Source: Mytilus trossulus (lineage: Eukaryota). Taken from it: a DNA stretch of 64,000 bases. The notes under the pieces are model-generated. The model worked only from the letters and a program-made list of their open reading frames with translations, did not search any database and was not told where the DNA came from. Shown here piece after piece: positions 54,200 to 64,000 of this stretch. Positions within the stretch are counted from its first letter, which is position 1; every line of letters begins with the position of its first letter. The position numbers and the translations under genes were made by a program. Location of the stretch: assembly GCF_036588685.1 (NCBI RefSeq), contig NC_086381.1:66526001-66590000 (forward strand). The letters are read 5' to 3'.

Positions 54200-57100
54200 T
54201 TATTTTGGATATTTGAACCCACAGTATTCCTGTGATGGAAATGCACCTCTAATGGCGGTAACAACACATGATGGCAAAATCCTTCTGTTTTTCTTTCCCA
54301 GTTTGTGCCAAACACATCTTACAAACCTTCTGTAAGCCAAATATCGATAAGTCCTAAAATGAAACAAGTTTTAATGATAATTATTCCCCCAACTCACTAA
54401 ATTTTTTAATGTCCTAATTAGGGATACTTTGTACTTTTGGTCTGTGCATCTGTCTTGCTTTTGGTAAATTTTCTTGGTCAAGGTAGTTTTTAAGAAATCA
54501 ATCAACTTGAACCTAAGTACACATGTTTTTTATAATTATGATATGATCTTTAGAGTTTAACATTTTGACCACTAAACACATTTTTGTCACTAAACATAGA
54601 AATAGTAGTGCAATAGGGCCATTCATATGTACATGTACTATATATGGACACATTATTGTTAATTATGTAAATTGTATACTTAATCATTTTGGGGGTTTCT
54701 AAACCATGTTTAATCAAGTACTTTGTATATTTTATTACTTGTGAAATTGTTTTTGACAATGTTGTATATATGAAAAAATCAGATTTTGTATAACTGCCAA
54801 TGAAACAACTCCCTAGCAAAAGCCAAGCATTTACAACTTGTACAAATCAGAAATTAAACATGTAGGTTCGGGTACAGCCTTTAATGTAGATCATTGACTT
54901 GCATGCATTGTGATAACAAAGGGACCAGTTATATATATACCCACATTTAAAATACTTCAAACAGGAAAAATCAACAGCTCGATTAATCTTTTTATATGAT
55001 GTACCAAAATCAGAAATAAAATGAAATATAACAACAAGCAAAAAACCCATAAATTTCAATATCTTGACTTGGGACAGGTACATTTGTACCTACAGGAAGC
55101 TTACTGTATAAACATGATAAAGGGCCAGAATTGATATTATTTACATGGTCTAAATATTGCTATAAAACGTCAATATAAATATATTGTCTCATTCTGTTAA
55201 TTGAGCAGATCTAGAGAACCAACAGCCCCTTGCTGACTTGCCTTTGAAAATATAATCCATGTATTTGGTCTTGTTGATTTTTGTTAATTAATCATCTTAA
55301 GAAAAATTCAAAGAATCATGAATTTGATTTTGTAAATGCCAAACCTTATTCATTATTTTGTGACTTTTAGTTGTATTTGAAAATATCTTACTCATGAATC
55401 ATGGCATTGTCCTCTAATGGTCCATTATCCTGAACATATTCATAATATGTTGTCTCTAAAACGTACTGGTTCAGACAGTTTACTTGAAATCCTTCATGCT
55501 CTGTAATACATTTCAAGTCAGCTTCCTCTACTTTACTGTCCACAACATTAGTATTCCTGCAACATTTGCACTCTCTCCTTGTTGGCATTGCTGAACATCT
55601 GCTACATGAACACCTATGAGAACCAAATAAAACAATTATGTTAATTGCTGTTCTGGAAAAAGGTAAACAAAGGCAAAATAAGGGTACAAGAACCTGATTA
55701 AGTATTTGTCAGGGACTCAGGGTAAAAAAAGAGCCTGGTATCCAACTGGCCTCAATGACTTATTAGCTACAGGGAGACAAATATTACCAACAAGAAGAAA
55801 ACATTAACCAAAAGGAAGTATGTTAACAATACAAAAAGAAATTTATTGATAAAATATAATCCTTATAAATTATAATGGGTCCATATTTAGAAAAGAAATA
55901 AAGAATGAAAAAAAAAGAGGGGCTGGGTCCCCTCTTTTCTATGAATAAAATGGTTTGCTTATTTAGGGAATCACTGTTCAAAACATGACCGAAGCAGGTC
56001 CAACCTTATGAAAATTTCTGGATCCGCCACTGATGACGACACTAGCTCCTTTTTTTAATCCATTCACTTGTGTTTTCACTATGATCATGACCACCGTTCA
56101 TAAAAGTACAGCTGATATAGGTACTAGCCATGCAAGCAGGGATGATCGATTGACACAGTAATGAAAATCTTTTGTTTTGTTTTTATGAACATTCAGTGTA
56201 CATACATGTTCATGTACACAACATCTGAAATTCCTGCTCCAAAATAATTTTCTCATCGATTTTTTCCAATTTATAAGACAACTTTTATATTCTAATAAGA
56301 ACAATTACCTTGTAAAATAAATGCGCAAATAGTTGTGAATGTCAACACCAACTTTCAATTTTGATACAATTGTCGAGACATTTATGTGTTTTACCTGACA
56401 GAAAGCTATTACAGGGCAAAATTCATAATTAACAATAATACTGCCTATCTGTGATTACTCATTCCTTGAAACTTTTTGGGTAATAATATAAACCAGCATT
56501 AAAATTTTGTTATTGTTTACGGTGTACATCAACTTAACTATGCACTGTACAGAAGGGTTTATGTGGTCAGCTAAACACCGTACACAACGCTTCTTTTCAG
56601 AATAAAATATTGTTAAAAACATGCATGAAAGATTTAAATGCCAATTATTGATACAACTATACTCATTACACATGCTGAGTGGCCTTCTATCAGAAAAAGA
56701 GTTGCAATGAATATAGAGTTATATTGGATGAGACGAGTGCCAACTTCTTTGACAAGTATTTGCACATGTTTTTAGTAAACATTCTTGTTTTGGGAAAATT
56801 ATGAGCCATCTCGCCTGCTTATAATTAAGTTATGCGTGTGTGAGCAAGATTATATATGTTTGTATGTCATGTGCATGCTTTTACAATGGAAATTGTAAAG
56901 TTATGATGAATTCTTAATAGTATGAACACCCATGGGACAAGGTACATGAATGTTATTTTAAAAGGCCGTACCGTGACCTATAATATTGTTAATGTTTGTG
57001 TCATTTTGGTCTTTTGTGGATAGTTGTCTCATTGGCAATCATACCACATCTTCTTTTTTATATTATTTCCGCCTACAAATGTACATGTACATCACTTTAC

Positions 57101-57633
57101 AGATCTATATGTGTACTAATACAAGCTGGTCTGTAAGCCTTATTTGCGTTCTTGTAAAAAAAAATCCAAAAGAAACTAAGTTAGTAAAAAACTTTATTTT
57201 GATTTGGCATATTGACAGACATACTATAGCATAAGTTAAAATGACTTTTTAGCCGCATTTGTTTACGAAGAGAAAACAACAACAATACCCCCTTCCCCCC
57301 CACCCCCCCACCCCACCCCCCCCCCCCCCCCCCCGACTCCGTTTTAACTGTTTAACATTGCAGTACGCAATTTTTTTTAATTATTTTCAGAACTAAATAA
57401 AAGGAAAGGCTGATTTACCATAAGCTAATGACATCTACTTCTGTTTCTAATCCCGGCAATGGCATATCGTCGTCCGATGCATCCAACTTGCTATCACTGT
57501 CAGTGTCACTTTCCGACTCGGAAATAACTCTTCCCGGGAGAACTGTTGGTTCATACTGATACGGATGCACATACGAACCTTTAATTCCTAATTCTCGTAA
57601 CTCGTCAACATCACTTGCTCCGGAACTAGACAT
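54200..57633 (-). CDS. KolX / P2X7 C-terminal ballast-like Zn-binding protein (exons 57633-57419, 55613-55392, 54353-54200; 196 aa)
   Basis: 215+222+154=591 nt open frame with phase-2 GT-AG junctions: MSSSGASD...VHPYQYEP...acidic tract...SL-W-CSCSRCSAMPTRRECKCC...KCITEHEGFQVNCLNQYVLE...IH-E-TYRYLAYRRFVRCVWHKLGKKNRRILPSCVVTAIRGAFPSQEYCGFKYPK*. The motifs WCxCxxC...ExxCC, CIT, RxxAYR, LPSC, IRxxFP and YxGFK match the P2X7 intracellular ballast. Confidence 0.88.
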
Positions 57634-60600
57634 ACTTAACAATTTTTTTTATATCAGTTGTATACTACGCATGGTGATCAGCTGTAAACAAAGCTATGGC
57701 ACGTATGACGAAGACAAAAGATTCAATTCAAGGGAAGTAAGTCATGAACACAACCGATACTGACAGAACTTTCGGAGGGGGTTTTATGGATATAAATACG
57801 GATTTTGACAATAATTCTTATTTTTTTCGAATAAAACAAATAAGAAGTTTATAGCTAATAAATAAAAACAAAAATTAAAAATCGTTTCCTGTGATCTTTA
57901 AAATACCTTTATTGATGCCTGCATTTAACAAAGTTACAGGTCCGAATAAGATAAATTCGTTGATTACGTATGTGTATGCGCGTTACATGTACATGCATGC
58001 GCAGTAATGACAAGGAACGCAACGATGCCTCAAAGGAGTCAGAAATCAAACCAACAATGGACTTTTTCCACCCTATTTTTACCTACTATGTCTGTTTCTT
58101 TTGTTCACACATCGTTGTCAATATGATGGAATTTGAAGTGACTGTCATACAAGTGAGAGGTTTAGCTATCTATAAAACCAGGTTTAATCCGCCATTTTCT
58201 ACATAAGAAAGACAGGAATATGGCAGTCGTTATCCATTCGTTTGATGTGTTTGAGCTTTTGATTTTGCCTTTTGATTAGGGAATTTCCGTTTTGAATTTT
58301 CCTCGGAGTTCGATATTTTTGTTATTTTACTTTTCATCCAAATTTACAAATAAGACCCTAGAAGTCATTAGTGACAGTTGTAGATTTTAGGTGAATATCC
58401 TTTTTTTTTTATCAAATGTGACGAATCGTCCTATCTAGTTTTATGGTTGACTCTTTCAGCAAGGAAAACATTAATCATAGATAACAGGTTTGTACGTCAG
58501 ACCCACGTTTCGTCTACAAAAGACTCATCATTGACACTCGAAAAAACAAATTTAAAATTGTCAAATAAAACACGAAGTAAAAGTACATTAAAGACCTAGA
58601 ATTTCGAAAGGTTTTGTCATATACAGATAAGATAACGTATTCCTTGAGAGTAAGCACTTGCTGGTCACTTGAATACTTAAATTTTCTCTTTAATCAGATA
58701 AACGTTTTTTTTACATGAATGTCTGAAGAATAAATATTGGTATCCTCCTACAAAAAAATGTCCAATCAGATCAAAACACATATCATATGTCCATGCTTGC
58801 AAGGATCTGCAAACGATCCGTTCTACTTTCTGTTTAAAAAAAAAACTACTTTCGAAGTTATCTGATTTTTTTAGGATTAATATCAATTCAATAATTTGAT
58901 AGCTGAAATGTCTGTGGCTGTTGTGGTAATTACTAAAACACATATTAAAACGAAGTGAAAGATCATTGTAAGTAAAGCTTGGACACAATATAACACTGTA
59001 TTTTAATCTGATTGAATATGGAATTACAGCACAATACACGCGCGATTTTTCTAAAGCCCGACGTATATGATATTGTATTTTGTACTGGTGCCACATTATA
59101 TTGATCATGTGTTATTTCAAAAACAATATATTTTAAATCATTACATTCTATTACTATGCCTCTGAATAATAAACTTCCTTTGCACTATATTCAACCTGTA
59201 ATTCAATGCATTACTACTTCCCTACCTACTTTTCTCAAATTATCTATTTGTTGTCAAGCCACATGGTTATACACTTTATACATAATACTCATTATTACTT
59301 TGGAAACCGTAGAATCCAGTCTGAGATTGAGAACCTGGTTATATGCAATTTCTGAACAATATTAAAAAATCAAATGGATTTATTTGTCTGGGGTCTAATA
59401 AAAATAATGTGACAATGACGATAACAACTATTAAAAAAAAAGATTTAAAAAAAGATTTATTAACAAATTGAAATGCGTGTACGACGATGAAAGTTTTTAA
59501 CGACCTTGACAGCCCTTGGTCGGTCGGTAATATAAATACATGGAAAAAAAGAGTCTATTATAGTCTACCATACGGTATGTGTTTTTCTCATTAGTAAAGG
59601 CCATACGGTTGTCTATAACTGCTTAAAACCACTTCATTTGAACTTTGGTGGACAGTTTTCTCCTTTTTTTTATATTTATTCATATCGCCAATGTTACATA
59701 TTCTATCTGTCAAAGGGAAATAACTTAAACAATGTTTTTGCTTTGGTTTTTAAAATGTGGTCCATATCTTGGAGAAATGTAGGCTTGAAAGCGCTAACAT
59801 TGCAGTTTTGTATATAATTAATGTATCCACGAGTCATAGCTCTATTACAATAGATGATAGGCATTGATTTTGGAACTTTTCCGAACCATTGCTGATATAA
59901 ACTTTTAATATAAATCTCATAGATTTCTAGAAAGAATTTAACGTGTTTTAACATAATTGTTTAACACTAGTCATTTTGGGGGACTTTTTAGCTTACTGTT
60001 CGGTCTGTGCCAAGGCCGCGTTTTTTTGTTTGTTTTTTTTTACTTATATGGAGAGTTGTTCCATTGGCACTCAGACCACATCTCCTTATTTTTATCAATT
60101 GGTAGGTTCATGAAATAACGTCCACATCGGTATATCGAAGGCTGGTAGGGATTCTCTGTGTTCCTTTTAAGAAGCCTGCGAATTTATTATATATCTCCAA
60201 GTAGATATGATTTACCAGAGCTTGCATATTCTATCATGATTTTTTAATAGAAGGTTAAGACTTATGTTTGCCCAGTTTTTGCCCTATTCATAATGATAAA
60301 CAACCTGAGTGAACTCAATTTTTAATGGAAACATGTGCATTACTTTGGAATGTGGTGTGGCGTAACGTTTGCTTTGTACGAAAGTCTTCCCCTCGAATTA
60401 CTACTAACGTTGCATAAACACATATATAAATCTGAAATTTTGAAAATTCTGAAATCTTTTTATTTCGCGTTTAGAACATTGTTATTGGTCGAAAGTTTTA
60501 ATTCCAAGCTACCGTTTGTCTCCTCCGGAACTTATACCATGTACACGATGACCTTATTGTTCTGTTTATTGCCCTTCTTGTCGAAGAGCATGTCCATACC

Positions 60601-60959
60601 ATGGTCTCGCCTCATTTAGGTCATTGCGACTGGGACAATGCCTTCTGGATTTCGAGTACGTTTTGGTGGAAACTTGATAAACCCATGTCTAGCAGTGAAG
60701 GAATGCAGTTCAGTGGTTGTCCTGAGGTCAGGCTACGGTGCTTAAAACTTCGATTTATTTTCTCTTACGTCGGCGTCCATTTCTTAGTTTTGCCAATACT
60801 AAAGCTATTAACATCTGTACAAGCATAATATTAAATTTGATATTTTTCAATCGTGTATTTTGTTGTAAGATTTATTTAAAAACAGATTGAATATCATACT
60901 AGTTACCAGGCAAAAAAAAATTGTACGCCAGACTGGCATGTCTTCTACAAATGACTCAC

Positions 60960-63900
60960 CAGTGTCGCTCGAATAAAAATGTAAAAAGGGTTAAATAAAG
61001 TACGAATTACTAAAGCTTTGCGGATCCAAAAATTTGAAAGGTTTTGCCGAATATAGCTAAGGTGTCATATTCTTAGGATACAAAATACTTACTATTTGAC
61101 AAATTCAAAGTTTTAAATCGATTGCTTTATATTTACACCATATCAATGATAATATATTAAAAATGTGTAGGCATTTGGTATTTGTTGTTGAAATTATTGC
61201 ATTTTAAACTTGATATGTACTTTTTCATTAGATATTTTCCAATCTATGTTGTTTTTGTAGGGCTTTTTTAACGAGGTGAGTGTTTAATTTTTCATAGTTT
61301 TCTGATGAATCTAACGTTGGTTTCTTTTATAGAAGATTTAAAGAAGAATACTTTACATTAGAAAGAAAGTAATAAAAACGAAATTTATCATTATTTGACA
61401 ATACTTAACAGTGCTGAATGTGCATGATTCATCACTAGTTCTTTTAAACTACATGAAATAAAAAAAAATCGAAATTACACATCAATTTAAATTCCCTTTC
61501 ATATTGTTATTATTGAACTATTTTTGTAATTATAGGACAAAACTGTTAGTTAATGATCCTACAGACATGTACATCAGATACTAACCGTTTCAATTTTTTT
61601 TTTAAAAGAACATCAATCAATTTTAAGAAATAATTGTACTTTTAAATAAAAAAGAAAGAAGTTAGCCTTCAAAAAAGGAATTATTGGTGAATCTTTCAAT
61701 ACGCTCTTGTTAAGAATTGTAGCATTGCGTAATCAGAAAATAGTTTCTACAATTTAAAACTCGACTTCAATAAAGTGTGTTATGCTCGGTGCTTTGTTAT
61801 TAGAAAGGACACTATACTAACTGACCTGGATTCATATTTTCAGTATTGATAAATATGATTACGAATTCGCCGTTTTAGAATATAATTCATTCTGGAATAT
61901 ATTTTCAAAATCGTAAAACAAAACGCTGAGATTGGCTTACAGTGTCACAAGCAATTGAAATTCAACCAATGACGTGACGTCGTTTTGTATTTTGGGGAAT
62001 GAACAATGAAATTACCACGAATGCATTCAAATCTGAAACGGCAAATTGTTGATAATGAACAATGAGATTACCACGAATGCATTCAAATCTGTTACGGCAA
62101 ATTGTTGATGATACGTCAAAGAGATAGTAAACCAACTGCATAAAGAATCAAATCAATATTTAAGGTCTTTGAAAATAAACTGGAGTTCTATGGAGTAAAC
62201 CGGGCTCTGAATTTCATCGTGTCTAAGCTAATTGTGATTAAGTAAAAAAAACAATTGCTGTTGATTCATATTTGTTTGTGGATACTATTTTTCGTAGAAT
62301 GAAGATTTCTTGAATATTTTATTTCGTGGGTTTTCCAAAATCGCCCTTATAATCCTGTTGAGAATGTATCAAAATTTGTAATTGACATATACCTACGAAA
62401 TGCACGAACATTGCTTCCTTACGAATAATATTCAAGTATTAAGCATCTGTCAATATGTAATATTTGTGACTGAAATGCATTAAAAAAACATGGATCAACT
62501 TTTCACAAGATTCCTGATTTGCAACAGTCACGTGCAATACTATCATTTGGAATTATTTTGTATTAATTGAAGATTTGTATATCTAATTAGTTTGATGTCG
62601 GTGTATGGCTGTAAATATTCGGTATTCTGAATATATTTCATTTACTTATATCATGTTGGTTATTCATCTAGTATGTAAACCCAAACAACTATAATACTGT
62701 TGCTTTGGTTATTCCTAATTGTTGTAGATGCTTTGCTTTCTTTATAATCATGAAATAAGGATGCGTTGTTTTCTTTATAAACTTCTAATGGACATCTTAT
62801 TGATCTAGTTTTTAAATTATAAGCTTGGCTTTGGTAGTTTCTTGGGATTTGTAATATAACACAAATGGTAAATGAGACATTAAAATTATGTTATGCTCAT
62901 GAATAATTTGAATGTACAATCTGTTTTTCTTCAAAGATGTTGTTAATACCAAGATGTTTTGTCTTTTTGTCTGTGTCCATTAACAACATTAACAGACAGA
63001 TTATCAATATCAGATTAATGAAAATCACAGAGTGGAATAAATATTAGTGTTGGTTTTTGAGTGTTTCTGATGAAGATTAAACAGAAATCCACTAAGGAAT
63101 AAAACAATTTGTAGCGCGGAAAAGAGAAAACCTTCCATTGTATTAACCATTTTAATTCTACTATGAAAAAAATGTAACAATATTTAACATATAAAAACAA
63201 AAATGCTGATCAAAACAATTTCCAATGTTGTCACAATAAGAGGATATTTCTAAAATCATGTATTGTTTGTTTTCGAAAATTATAAATAGAAATATTCGGT
63301 CAATCAAAAATTCTTTTTTCGCATAAAAATGCGCCTTTATCATGCAACCATAGGTCATGCCATTTATAACCATCAAACTTTTTCATACCAATCACTTCAG
63401 TCTGACCTGGGTTACCACTTGAATCAGGTTGTGTTGAATGCCAATTGAAGTGAGTAATGATTGATCCATCACTGTATCGCCAATGCTCTTCTGCGATTAG
63501 ATGTGATCCTTGGAACAGTATCCAACTAGTAACATCAAAATGATCTACAAATATTGTACAAAACAATAAGATTGATTTTCCAAAATATCTCGGTTTAATT
63601 AAACAAAAGTATTTGTTTTTTTATTTGAAATTTGAAACAAGGATTTTTGGTATGATTTTTAATGGTCTTATAAAGAACACACGACAAAATGTAAATCATT
63701 ACATGTCATCAAACGTTAAGCAAAACTCGTCCTGTATAGATAAGAAGGAACAGTAGATAAACCAGGTTTAAATCGCATACATTTTTTTGTTTTGCATTAA
63801 GACAAAATCAAGGTACAATTAAAACTTCAAGAAATGGTACTTTGCACTCAAAAAGGAACCGAAAGTCTTAGAGTTTTATACTTTGCATTTTCATACAAAA

Positions 63901-64000
63901 AATGCGTTTCAAGAGCACATCCATGTTAATGAAGAATGTAAAACATATGTAAAAGTCATGTAATGAGACTGATGGTACTTTGATACTGAAAAATGAAAAT
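60960..64000. repeat. Resumption of the array: tail segment plus start of diverged unit U4
   Basis: 60960-61530 matches the ~600-bp unit-end segment; 61533-63650 matches U1 1-2215. The intron beyond exon 3 is much more diverged. Confidence 0.9.
63300..63544 (-). CDS. Last exon of a fourth, more diverged PAN/C-type lectin paralogue (upstream exons lie outside the window)
   Basis: Acceptor tttgtAG at 63547-63545; 245-nt exon D-HFDVTSWILFQGS...THFNWHSTQPD...WHDLWLHDKGAFLCEKRIFD*. Confidence 0.85.

Larger units (their letters stand above)
49511..57897. mobile_element. Kolobok-superfamily DNA transposon, left part deleted
   Basis: Transposase (+) and KolX (-) genes are convergent. Candidate right terminus ...tcgtttcctgtgatCT followed by TTAA (57898-57901), consistent with Kolobok TTAA targets. 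No matching left TIR was found. Confidence 0.8.

Noticed and set aside
54200-57633. A true P2X7 purinoceptor gene
   Set aside because: No transmembrane helices or ATP-binding ectodomain; only the ballast-like domain, positioned as the Kolobok accessory gene.

Overview
AT-rich, intron-containing animal DNA. The dispersed repeats, SINEs and protein families suggest a mytilid bivalve; this is an inference from recall, with no search run. The window is mostly a head-to-tail tandem array of a ~14.6-kb unit: U1 1-14740, U2 14741-29343, U3 29344-~45700 (expanded and truncated), and U4 from ~61533, running off the window. Each unit carries a minus-strand, 3-exon gene for a secreted 244-aa protein with a signal peptide, a PAN/Apple-like domain and a C-type lectin domain (QPD/WHD motifs, inner disulfide lost). 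I assembled the splice junctions by hand for three complete copies and the last exon of a fourth, more diverged copy. Upstream of each complete gene lies a Penelope-like remnant (GIY-YIG C-terminus) between two minimal hammerhead ribozymes. U3 contains a 4.8-kb CACTA-type element with ~270-bp TIRs and a CAT target-site duplication. Between U3 and U4 is a ~15-kb TE-rich block with two Penelope-like RT fragments and a 5'-truncated Kolobok DNA transposon. The Kolobok transposase is broken, but its convergent partner gene (KolX, a stand-alone P2X7 cytoplasmic-ballast-like Zn-binding protein) is an intact 3-exon, 196-aa ORF. No prokaryotic features, CRISPR arrays, rRNA or true tRNA genes were found.
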